Position numbers and translations under genes: made by a program. The notes beneath the pieces were generated by a model. It searched no databases and was not told the DNA's origin. It saw only the letters and a program-made list of their open reading frames with translations. Below, piece by piece: positions 38,539 through 50,674 of a DNA stretch of 64,000 bases (position 1 is the first letter of the stretch; each line of letters opens with the position of its first letter). Source of the DNA: Octopus sinensis (taxonomy: Eukaryota); assembly GCF_006345805.1 (NCBI RefSeq), contig NW_021831849.1, positions 186,001-250,000 on the forward strand. Direction: 5' to 3'.

Positions 38539-39959
38539 ATGAATAAACAAAAATCATTCAAAAAACTGGGAATTTGTGAATGGATTGTAAATCACTGTGA
38601 TTCAATTGGAGTTCGTAAACCCAGCCCAGTTCAATCAGCCTGCATTCCAGAAATCCTCTCAGGCAAAGACGTTCTTGCCTGTGCCAAGACTGGAAGCGGA
38701 AAAACAGCAGCATTTGCACTCCCAATAATCCAAATCCTCGAAAAAGACCCCTATGGAATATTCGCCCTCGTCCTTACCGCCTCACGTGAGCTGGCTTCCC
38801 AAATATGTGACCAATTTTGTCTAATCGGTCGACCAATCCATCTCAAGACTGTCTGTGTGACCGGAGGAAGAGGTATATATCCATATTAAAAGGCCTATAG
38901 ACTATGTCGAACAACTGACTGCCCTTTCTGAGCTCCCCCATGTGGTTGTAGCCACCCCAGGCAGACTATCCGATCTTTTGGAGTACAAAAGTGGGGATTT
39001 GGCCCAATCTTTGTCTCAATTACGTTTTCTGGTGTTGGATGAGGCAGATCGTCTATTGGAAGGAGACTTTGAGACACAACTGAGCTCAATAATTTCATTT
39101 CTCCCCACCAAAAACCGACAGACGTTGATGTTCAGTGCCACGGACAGTCCAATCCTCAACAAACTGACTGAATCCTCCAATCCCTTTAAATACAAAGAGG
39201 AGACGACCACAGTCGATTTGTTGGACCAACGTTTTGTTTTGATGGAAGCCGATAAGAAGGATTCGTACCTGCTTGTTCTTTTAGACGCCTTTCTCCGTGA
39301 AAATCCATCAAGTTCAATCATAGTATTCACAAATCAGTGCAAGTAGACAATTATGTGATAGTTTTATAGGTATTGTCAGGTTTTGGGTATGCTTTGTGAA
39401 AAATTGGGTATTTCTGTGCAGGTCCTTCACTCTTTTTTGCCACAAAGGAAACGTCTTGCTTCTTTAAATACATTTCGGTCTACAAATTGTCGTGTTTTGG
39501 TGGCTACTGATGTGGCGGCGAGGGGATTGGATATGCCTTCTGTGGATTTGTGTATTTGTCATAATGTCCCCAATGCTGCACGGACGTATGTGCACAGAGT
39601 GGGGAGGACAGCCAGAGCAGGTCGAACTGGAATGGCTGTCTCGATGGTTACTCAGTTCGATGTGTCACTCCTGAAGGCAATTGAGTCACATACTGGTTGT
39701 TGTTTTATGTGAGGTGGTAGGTGTTAAAATGAGGGAGTATTCTATTGAGGGGGAGGAGGTGGCTCGTGTCCATGCCGAAGTGTTGTTTTATAAGTTGCAG
39801 GCTGAGAGGGTTGGTGTTACTGATTTATGTAGATTTTGCTTGAGAGGAGTTTTGGTGCTCAGAAGGAGTGGTATAAGAAGAAGAGACTGCTTTTTGAGGT
39901 TTTGTTTTTTTTATTTGTATTAGAATGATGTGTCTTGCAATAAACGTGGTGCAGTTTGA
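38539..39959 (+). CDS. DDX49: DEAD-box RNA helicase DDX49/Dbp8
   Basis: Q-motif PSPVQ; AKTGSGKT; [11 protein letters not shown]; TPGR; DEAD; SAT; [10 protein letters not shown]; [13 protein letters not shown]49-like C-terminus. 5 introns of 23-28 nt. Confidence 0.92.
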
Positions 39960-40160
39960 TTTTATTTTGTAATAAATTTTTATTGATTTTTACAAAATGG
40001 ATTTTTGAAATACATTTACTTTTAGTACTTGCAATTAAGTTTATATTTTTATAGAAAAAATTATGAAGTAACGCTGTGATTTTTATAGAAATAAAAGTAA
40101 AATAATGGGTGGAATAATCTTCTTTTTTGAGATTGAGTGATCCTTATAAATACATACTTT

Positions 40161-40390
40161 ATAACGCTCATTGAAGTTGTGATTACTTTTTAACAATCTT
40201 TAAACCATATGGAGGTAAAGAAATTATATGTTCTCTGGGAAAGCGAATTAAAGCTAATTCAAAAGTGAACGTCGTTCTCACATGGGATGGAAAAGTACCT
40301 AAATTTTACAAGCACTACATTAATCGGTAAAAGTTGAAGATTCAACTCAATTAGTGACTAAATTGAGGAAATAGCATTATTATTAAATAT
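40161..40390 (+). mobile_element. Highly degenerate RLE-type retrotransposon fragment, copy 4
   Basis: ITLIEVVITF*QSLNHMEVKKLYVLWESEL... then a frameshift to NVVLTWDGKVPKFYKHYINR; homologous to copies 1-3. Confidence 0.6.
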
Positions 40391-41901
40391 TTCATTCGAA
40401 TGATTTTGTCACTGGGAAGACAGTTGAGTGACTGGTCAGGGAAAAAACTGACTTGGAAAATAGTTGAGAGTAAGGCACGAGCAAAACGTGCTTATGAAAA
40501 CGCTTAAGTGTCATTAACTAACTTAACTATCCATAAAAATATATTATATAATGAAAAATTGACTCTTATCAAAAACTGCTCCTAAAAGCGGGGGTCTTCG
40601 AAACCGGTGCTTTACTGATATTTTGATATTGAGTAAAATTGTTTTTAACAAGGAAAAGAAAATATTAAACAAAGTAGCTAATAACTACAGCATTATAGTG
40701 AAGATTGTGGTTCGTGTATCTGGTCCTGTTGTTTTGCGATTTGATTTGTTGATCTCCACTTTCTTGTACTGCTTTTTAATTAAAAATCATTTTAGTGTGA
40801 AGAGTTATTGTAGCACAATTATTTGTTGTAGTGTTTAGTGTATTAGGTCAAAATACAACATTCGACTGGTTCCAAGAGAAGCTATAAAAAGTAATCAAAT
40901 TTGGAGAACAACAACCCATCGATAGCAATCTTGTGAGGTAACTTGCTTGCTTTACGCGGTGCGGCCACTGGCGAATCCTAATTTCCAATATTAGTGTTGA
41001 CAAATTATTATGTTATGGCATTTTACAACCCAAATTGATTTGGTAGATAATTAGTCCCAATATCAGTTCGAAAATGATAAAAGACTTGGGGGGTATGGTT
41101 GATCTAACATATAAATACAATAATTAGCAGCCTGAAAAAGAAAAAATTAATTGGATATTCATAATATGTATCAAACGTGATTTGAGTTTCTGGGAATTGT
41201 TTTTATTTTCAGAATCATTCTTAAAATATGTTATAATCATTAATACACTTATTTGTCATGTTGAGAGACATTGTACTTCTTGATCTAAACTAATTATCTA
41301 TTTTAAAATACAGCACTGTTAGTTGGGAATATTTCGGTGATCATGTCTGTGAAATAGCTGTCGGTATATAAAAACTATTTATCTTCGAACATTTGCCACC
41401 CAGTCAGTAGCCTTGTGAAATTCTATTGGGAGTGAGAATGTGCTCCCAGAGTAGCTGTAAATGAATACAAATGACAATACTTCTTCACTATTTATTTCAA
41501 TCCATTTGAATACTCCTTTCACTTCAATGACTCTTGTACAGACTATTCTTTTGACATTTGTCTGGGTTGGGTCAAAAATAACAAATGTGATTTGATAAAT
41601 ATGATTTTACTTTTAACTGCAGATATAAGGTCATGTTGCATTAAATTTTTGCATTCTTCGAAAGAGCATGATTTCTTTTAGAATTACAAACCTGTCTGAA
41701 AGTTTTGCGAGAAGTCTGTCGCTCACATATCTATGCTAATTTATTATTATTGTTCAGTTACTTGAAAAGATAAAACTCAATTTGATACTAAATTTGGTAT
41801 CACCGGTTCTTTTTTACAAGAAAGCGATGCTTATGATTATTCTCAAGATTGTATGGATACATTCAAACGATTTCAACTGCAAAAGTGACGTTAATCTAGA
41901 C

Positions 41902-44330
41902 CAGCGTTTCCCAACCTTTTTAATAGGGAACCCCAAAGTGCTTTAAAAAAATTTTAGGGACCCCCTAGTATGCATTTTGTCTTAATCAAGAATTAAATCA
42001 AATCTTATTAATACAATTTTATAATGTAATTAAACTGCCTAATGGGACTTTTGTTCTTGTATTTTAGAGATTAAAATATCAATGTTCGGCTTTGTCTCAA
42101 ATAGGGCAATACGCAAGACGATTTCGATACTTTGACTTTAAATATGAAGATGTGACATTTCCGTTTCACACAGATATGTTGTGTGAAATGGAATTAACTT
42201 CTCTATGAACTGAGTAATGGAAATACAGTTCTTAGTTCACACCAGAATTCCATTAATGTACTGTTTTTAAACGATATCAAAGCACTTTGGGAACTTTTTA
42301 ATTCAATGAGGGATTTTTGAATTTTGAGATCGTCATCTACATTCATTGAAGAAAGGAAGGGATTTACTATCCAATCAGGAACAGAATTTTGTGCAGGAAA
42401 ATAGTTTTCAAATTTCTCAACAAGATTTGCAAGATGTTCATCAATAATTTTCAATAACGAACTATCGGGATCTGTATTTCAATGAAAAGTTTCAAAAGAG
42501 GAAACATTGATATATTTAATTTCAAAAGTTAATTTCTCTACAAATATAATTTATTTTTGACTGCAATGATTTTTTTCATTTAATTCAATTGAAGACATAT
42601 ATTTGAACACACTTGAACTCACTCAGAAGGAAGATTATGCTCCACACTGACACCTCAGTTGGCAGCCTTGCTTCCGAGGAGGCGACGCAGAAGAATGGAC
42701 AGGGTTTCCCACGTTTCTGCAAGGAAGTGGGAACCCACTCAAGGAAAAGGTGGCCCATGCAGAGGAATTTCGGTCGGTTATAAAGAAATGCACTCCAATT
42801 GAGTTCCTCTGCAGAAGGAAGAGAAGGCGTTTCCGGATCACGGTCGGGCCATCAGAAGATCATGCAAGGACAGTACGGCTGTTGTTGGAGGCAGGGATCA
42901 CCTAATTAGTTAGTTCTGACCTATCTTTCTCGGTGATCTTGGAGTTAATAAACCATGTCCATTCTTCTTCAGCCCCCTTGGCTGAAGACTAAGCTATGGA
43001 TAATGGATTTGGACAGTCGTGAGTTCGATTCCGAAGGAGGCAGTTTTCATCCTGGGGCCAATTCTCGTTATCGTTCCCCTGCCCGTGAGGCAACGAGTAC
43101 TTCTGGCACAACACAGTTGGAAATGGGGATCTCTTACCTTCCTTCCGGTCTTAGCGTGGCGTTATGGGGTCCACCATGTCAGTTGGAAAATTCCATTCGG
43201 ATATGGCAACGCTCAGGAGGCACTTAATGCCTACCGAAAAAGGACTTCTAGATCTCAGACCCTGGGACATCGTCGTCTCAGTACGTTCATTGTGGGCAGG
43301 ATCGAACCTTTCAGAAGGATCTCCCTCGCATGAATCGGGGGATCACGGGGGATTATAATTAACTGGCTTACCCTGGTCCTTTGGTCAATAAAAAGTGTTT
43401 AAGTGGAGTTAATAAATAAATAAATAATAAATAAGACATATATTTGCTTAAAAATTCATAATTATAGTTAACCTTGCAAAGATAAATTAAAATCATTCAA
43501 AATAGAAAAAATGTCAGCAAGATAAAATAATTTTTATTGAATTTAATGGATTCCATCAATTCAAATAAATCAAAATGATTATTATCTTTCAAAAACATTG
43601 AAATAACATCAGATAACTCAACAACTCTCGTCAAAGCCTTTCCCCGGGAAAGCCATCTAAATTCTGAATGATATAACAAAATTGAATGTTCTGATCCAAA
43701 TTCTTCTGACAATTTTTGAAAAATTCTATGATTAACTGCTCTTGAACGAATAATATTAATTATTTTTATTATTTGATCGAGGACAATCTTCATCTCTGAT
43801 GGTAAAGTTTTTGATTCAAGAGGATATTTGTGTATTGTACAATGGAAATTTGGATTCTTTTTTTACATGTGCAATAAATTTTGACCAAGCATTGAAAGAG
43901 CTCCGTCAGTGCAAATTGATCCGACTTTATTCCAGTCAATAGAATTAAGTTCCACAAATTCGTAAACAACAGCAAAAAATATCATGACTTTCCATTAAGT
44001 TCGATACAAAAAGAAAATCCTCAACAATCTTGTTTGCCTCGAAAAAACGTAAAAAAGAAACTAACTGATAATCGAAGTTATATCTGTTGATTCATCGAAT
44101 TGGATGCTTATGGGAAAGAACTGCAGTTTATAAACTCGTGAAATAATATATCAAATTACGTCGACTAATTGGGATCTGGATACTCATTTTAACTTGAAGG
44201 TTGTATAAACTCGTCGCTAACATTGATGACGCCTCCTTTATTAATTTAAATTTACTTAAATCTGGTCACTAAAAATACACTCTGGAATTTTATTGCAAGC
44301 TTAAATGTAATCATTACATGTTTGCAGGTA
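41902..44330 (-). mobile_element. Degenerate hAT (Buster/ZBED5-like) transposase, interrupted by a retroposed insert
   Basis: Terminus cagcgtttcccaacc at 41902 preceded by atctagac (NTCTAGAN-type target). Motifs QFDESTD, ICTDGA, RWLSRGK, YLADIF, FW, TTYLCET. Opposite TIR not found. Confidence 0.85.
42606..43432 (+). mobile_element. GC-rich retroposed insert of unknown origin with A-rich tail and 14-bp TSD
   Basis: TSD aagacatatatttg at 42592-42605 and 43433-43446; aataaa at ~43387; (taaa/aat)n tail. Removing the insert restores the hAT transposase sequence. Confidence 0.8.
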
Positions 44331-44599
44331 GGCATATTTTTGACGTTCTATTTATCCACTAATTCTAACTCACGAGATTCAACAACAATCATCTGAACAT
44401 TATTTCCTCGTCTCTAATATTTTATTTGTTCATCAATATCATTTTACGCTACCAAGTCCCTATTTTTACTCTCAATTTATCAAAGGCCATGAGAGTCAAC
44501 TGTGTCAAATCGGCTGTACAAATTACTCATAATAATTAAGGATCAAATAAATCATTCGACAACAAAAAACAGTAAAAATGTGAAAAAGAAGTATCAAAA

Positions 44600-46489
44600 C
44601 TAATTAAAAGCCTGAATCTGTGAAATAAGATGTTTTGTGTACGAAATGTAGTCGAGACTATCAACAGAAAAAATCGTCGATTTGAGTCTACTCTCGTAAT
44701 TGAAGACCTCCATCTTTGACCTCATTCTGAAGACATAGGAATTAAACATAATCTGCTGAATAACATCTTCTATGTCCCGTGTCCCACTCCCCGTGGGATC
44801 ATTGGGGTCAATAATCTCTTCCATCTTACAACCCAACATCTTTTCGGCCATACTATGGAAACATGTCACCCACTGACTATCCGTGTGATCCGCCAGATGA
44901 ATCTGCAGCATAAACCGACGCTTGTATTTGGGCCAATCCTTCTGACACTTTTCACATCGATACACCCCATTGCCCTGCTCTACCAATTTCTTGTTACAAT
45001 CCTCAGACGGACAAGCCAAATAAACACACGTTTCCTTCCGCAAGAACACAACCGATGCCTTGACTGTGTAATACTCCGCTGTATTCCCATCCACACTTTC
45101 CCCTCCACATTCCCCAAATGTCTTCCAATTCACAGTACGCGGTGCAATTTGGTCTTCTTTTCCTGCCAGATTCGAAAACTCAATTTCTGATCCTCCACGT
45201 AAATACCACCCCGCCAGCTTATATGCATCCCGACGCTCCGGGTGAAAGATAACCGTACTATTCGTGCTAGTATTGAGCGAACAGCCATTAAAATTGGACA
45301 GTCGGGCACCTTTTATAGCCACTGTGGGGTGTGGGGCCTCCTCGGTGACCACAAACCTCTCAGCCTGTTCCCCCCAAAGAGTAACAGTCACCACAGAACC
45401 TGCCTATTCATACTAAACACCCACCTGAGTCATCCACCAACTGAATATTCCGTTTTTTTAATTCACGATTGTTCTGTTTTGAGATTATTTCCGTGATCGG
45501 ACTCGACGTGTGGACCACTCCCAACACATCCACCATTCTATTCACAGCCATCTCCCCCAGTTTGCTTATCCTGACGAAATTAAAGTCAATTTCTGGTATA
45601 TTCACGTCAGTTTCTGCACATAAAGTGAACTATGAGAGTAATTTCCAACCAAACCTGAGTTTCCCGTGTAAATGTCATCTCATAGTCATTCGGAAGTGAA
45701 GAATATTGTTTATTGGCCACTTTTAGACTAGCCTTTGATATAAAATAAATCTGCCCTGTCTCACAAAGGGGGAAAATACTGAAATAATAAAAATAGAGGA
45801 AACCGATCACATTCATCGTTGAATGCCGTGGCTCTGATCTCCCCAGATTCGTCTGTGAGTGTCATTGAGAATAATTTTCCTTCCCCTCTCGAATTAGACC
45901 ACGTTTTGATGTCACTTTTTTGAGTTACTCTCGCTCGGATCATCCATTTGGTTTGATATGGGTTGAGACTGTTGATTGAATGGACTTTACTCTCCACCAC
46001 TGTGGGGGATTGGGGGAAACATGGTCTTTTTGTGGGTGGATTTGATTTTTGAGGGGAAGGGACTGTTGGTTGTCGTTTTTGGTGGATATCTGATATTTTA
46101 AAGGGGGTTGGGTCCCCGATTCTCTGCAGGACTTGGTCTTGTGGACTTAGAATGGCAAGTTCGAATAGAATTAGAATATGTTTGTCTGTTCCGACACTTG
46201 TTAGTTGATAGTTCTCGACTTTTATTATAGAATTTGGGGAAAGTCTGTTTTCGGTGATGAGGTGGCTTTGTTGAGTGCTTAGCATTACTGATGAAAAGTG
46301 GTTCACTCCGTCGGATATTAACAGACGGTAACGTTCGGCTGAGTTAGATTCCGTTGATATAATTTTTTTGTGTCCAAATACCTTTTTTAATTAAGATTTT
46401 ATAGGTTTAGTTACCTGTAAGATTGGATTCTGGACTTTCTCGCCTCTGAATATTTTTTCTATGGCACCACTAGACAGAGAATACGACAT
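44600..46489 (-). CDS. RPA1: Replication protein A 70-kDa subunit
   Basis: MSYSLSSGAI...RYRLLISDG; SLNPYQTKWMIRARVTQKSDIKTWSNSRGEGKLFS; VTLWGEQA; zinc finger YLACPSEDCNKK...YRCEKC. 4 tiny introns. Confidence 0.95.
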
Positions 46490-47164
46490 TTTCAAATATA
46501 TGCGGTCTGCTATTTATTTAACTATTTGGTATCTTTTTACTATATTTGATAAAAACAACATTTAAAAAAACTAATATAAAATTAATTGTTTATTTAAAAA
46601 ATTACTTTTTAATATGGAGGAAGATTGTCCATTAACTTTTTAAAATTGCCAAAATCAAAAAAAATGTTATTTAAAATGACCCAAACAAACAAATCTAAAA
46701 CTTCTACTAAATGTATAGAATGCCTACTGCTATTAGTGCTCCTATACTACTTTCCACTGAAATCAGTTAAGAAAATTCTTATTGGCCTTGTAGAATATCG
46801 AATAAATACGAATCCGTCCTTTTTCTCACCACTCAATAATTAATAAAATAAATCCGATTACGCTAAAACTTTTAAGGGTGCCTGAAAGAATTGAGTATGT
46901 GAAAAGTATTTTTGAAAAAATATAAATCATGAGAAATAAAAATCTCACACAATTTTATAAAATGTAATTTAAAATCACATAAACATAAGTGATCATCAAA
47001 AAATGAAAAAAATCAAGCAACATCAAGGACATTATTTGGAGTGAATTGTCCTTTTCAACTTAAAATTAATTTTTTGATAAATAAAGTAGCTACTTGTTGA
47101 CCCGTATTGATAGCTTATCCCTGCATGTGGTTCATCAGATAAATAGAGATATTAATACTATTGA

Positions 47165-47515
47165 TTTAAGTCAAAAAACGCTGTGAGAAAAGTAATAAAA
47201 TAACTTTCGACGACAGAATTTGTTAATTTCATAATGATAAAATATCAAAAATTTGAAAACGAAACAAATAAAGTATGTTTATGAATACTAATTATCATTA
47301 AGGAAAACATTATACCTATTTTCATACTCTCAAAAAAAGTTCAAAATGAGCTGAATAAAGTGATAAAATATACAACGTGTCCTCTTTGCCATCACAGTGT
47401 TGTTGTGGACGATCGTACAAGAATGGTTGTTTGCTGGTTCTGCAAACACCGATTTTGCAGATTTTGTTATTCTGGCAATCATTTCTACCGTACAGTGATC
47501 AAATGTCATTCGTAA
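47165..47515 (+). CDS. 3' part of a gene with an IBR-like Cys/His zinc-binding domain
   Basis: Exon TTCPLCHHSVVVDDRTRMVVCWFCKHRFCRFCYSGNHF, joined by 25- and 30-nt GT-AG introns. 5' end not resolved. Confidence 0.45.
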
Positions 47516-48500
47516 TATTATGGAGTTGAGCCTATATTATGTTATATTTGCAAATTTAAAGTAAAATAAATTATTCTGTCGTGATTTAAATTTACATTAA
47601 AAATTTTAAAAATGGGATCAGTCAGTAAAAAATTTGATTTTATGATCCATCTTTGTTATTTCTGTTTATTTAAGATTTTAGAATTCTAGAAAAATTTGCA
47701 TTTCGTTAAACATGAAAAGATGGGTCAACTCTATTCGCTTTCAAGAATACAAAAACATTTAAAAACTTACAAAGTTTTAATTTGTGTCTAATTTTATAAA
47801 TTTCTTATAAGCCACGGAAACAATATTTCAATAGTTTTTGAGAATGATTCAAAAATACAGTCACATTATATAAAACGGCAAATACGACGAAAACTGATAA
47901 TTTCATTTTGGATAGACACAAATTAACAATAACCCCGAATTTATTAACAAAGGGTATTGGAATAATTATATTTATCTGATAATTACCCTGTAGGTCACAA
48001 ATGATACTTTTCCCGAACAGCAAAGCAAAAAAAACAATATGATTTTACCCCACTAACTCAATTTTGAACGATTATCAAAAATCTTTTAAAAATATGGGAT
48101 GAATGATTTTTTATTCACTTGCTATACCCCAAGATTCCACATACCTCAAGCCTCATAAAATGGCAAGACATGAAAAGTATTGAAATGCGACATGCGCGTT
48201 TTCCATTGATTTTTTAAAAATATTAGGACATTTAAACAGCCATAAAAATGATTCTAAGTAAATCGGTGTTTAAAATATACTTTTTCACGAAAAGGCCAAT
48301 CTCATTGATTCTTCATCTTGACTTTTTCGAAATTCCTTTCTACCTTAAACTTCTCTTGTGGTCTTTTCGGGAAATTTTCGATGATTCATAAAAATTTCTT
48401 AAATATTTCATTCTCAAGTTATATGACTTAAAATAGGATACAATGGAATTGCACTGTGACTAACAATAAGATTTCCATCCCGATTTAAAATATAAAATTA

Positions 48501-50349
48501 CAGTCAACCCTCTCTATAGTGAACCCTCTCTATAGTGAACAGGCCATATTAATGCAATCTACAATAACAAATATTAGTAATTCTCATTAATATATTATTA
48601 TAAAATGAATACCACGTTTAAAAATGTATAATATCATTTATTAAATATTTTGTGTTCACTATTAAAGAATAGTGAACGTCAAATTTTGTGAACATAAAAA
48701 TATTAAATTTAATATTTTACATATATATTTAAAATTCTTTAAAACGAATAAACTACACGTTCTACAGTTGTTAGCATGGTGGAAAATCGAAAACGCCTGT
48801 CATTTTTTCAAAAGAAGGAAATAATCGAATTTTATCATAAAAATAGACATTACACACAGCGCGATTTATCCCTTTATTTCAATGTTTCTCTGGGCTGCAT
48901 AAAAAAAATTTTGAAAAATTCTGAAGGAATACTTAATGTTCAAGATGACCAAAAAAAGAAGAAAATTACTTGCCCAAGTCTCAACCATTCGACAGAGATC
49001 TATTTGAATGGTTCGTTAAAAAACGATCATTTGGATTTACAATCAATGAATATCTTTTGAAGTCCATGTCTCTAAAAATGGCGAAAGTTTGTAATATTCA
49101 AGAATTTCAAGCAGCAAATGGATGGCTTGGAAATGTAAAAAATCGATATTGCATTGCTTTCCGTGCTTTATGTGGAGAAAATCAATTTGTTGAAACCTCT
49201 GTGATTGAAAATTTTACAGAAAGCCTCAATAGAAAATTAGAACAATATTGTTCAAAAAATATTTTTAATTTGGACGAAACTGGATTGTTTTTTAAACTTT
49301 TGTCGAACAGAACATTAGCTGTTGACTCGGACAAAAATCTGTCTAATAAACCGATAAAAGAAAGAGTAACTGTTATGTTTTGCGTTAGTATGATGGGAGA
49401 AAAACTTGACCCATTTGTTATTGGAAAAGCCAAAAATCCACGCTGCTTTAAAGGAAGAAGAAATTTAATTAATAATTTACAAGTGGAATACAAATCAAAT
49501 AAAAAAGCATGGATGACATATGGTTATTTCTCAGAATGGCTCATAGAATTGAACAAAAAAATGATTTTGCAAAAAAGAAAAATTCTAATTCTACTTGATA
49601 ATGCGACTGTACACTCACGTGATTTAGAGTTCAGTAACATCGAACTCTTTTTTTCCCTCCAAATACAACATCGAAGTTACAACCCCTTGATCAAGGAATA
49701 ATAAAATCAAGACAGGTATAGACAACTCCTATGTGCACACTTGATTGAATTTTATACTAATGATGACAATGTAGATCACGAAAAAGTTACGGAAAAGTTG
49801 AAGAAATTCACTCTATTGAATTGTTTGATATTCATAAATCAAGCTTGGTTAGAAGTGTCGGAATTAACAATTACAAATTGTTTCAAGAAAGCATTTGAAA
49901 ATGCGTTAATACAGAACCTGACAGAAATAGAAGAAATAGATGATGAAAATTTGTTGATTTATGAAAATGATCAAATTGACGACGAAAACTTTATACAAAA
50001 CTTTGCGAGAAAACTAAAACAGCAAGACCAAGTTGAAGAGGAAGATGAAAAAATTTATGTTCCGACACTATATGAAGCTAGTGAATATGCGAAGGCGCTT
50101 GAATTATGGTTTCTTGAGAATGATTATGAACAAAGAGGAAAAGTATACGAAATACAAAAAATTTTAAGAAATTATCAAACTAATCATTCTCAAAAAATCA
50201 CCGATTACATGATTAAAATCTCTAAATAATCTTTGTAATTATACTTTAATATTGTTTATTGTTATTTTGATTCCTTTTGTTCACTATAGACAATAGTGAA
50301 CATGATGTTTTGACGTGGACATTTTGTTCATTATAGAGAGGGTTGACTG
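48501..50349 (+). mobile_element. Near full-length pogo/Tigger DNA transposon with frameshifted transposase
   Basis: 24-bp TIRs cagtcaaccctctctata(g/a)tgaac (23/24); TA duplication on both sides; HTH domains; NLDETGLF; LLDNATVH; frameshifted FFPPNTTSKLQPLDQGII. Confidence 0.95.
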
Positions 50350-50674
50350 TATTATATTTCACTAATTTAGGCCTTAGTGTATACAACTTACTATTAAAAA
50401 ACTCGTGCCTTCGGAGTGAAAATAATTACCATATCTTCCTAGATAGGCAAGTAAGTATATTCCAGAACAAAAATGTTTTATTTACTTATTCAGCTTAAAA
50501 TAGCCCACTAATGTACTAAGGAACCAATTAGTAAACACACTGGTTTAACATTTAAACCATGTACTCGTCTCTGAAGTATATTTAGACTGTTTTATAACTG
50601 ACTAATGACATTATAAGCTGTATTACTGACAACAGTTCCCTACTGGTGTGTACATTACTCAAAAATAGACAAAT

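Noticed and set aside
47805-48023. Short signal-peptide-like ORF MKLSVFVVFAVLY
   Set aside because: No downstream exon or domain could be supported.
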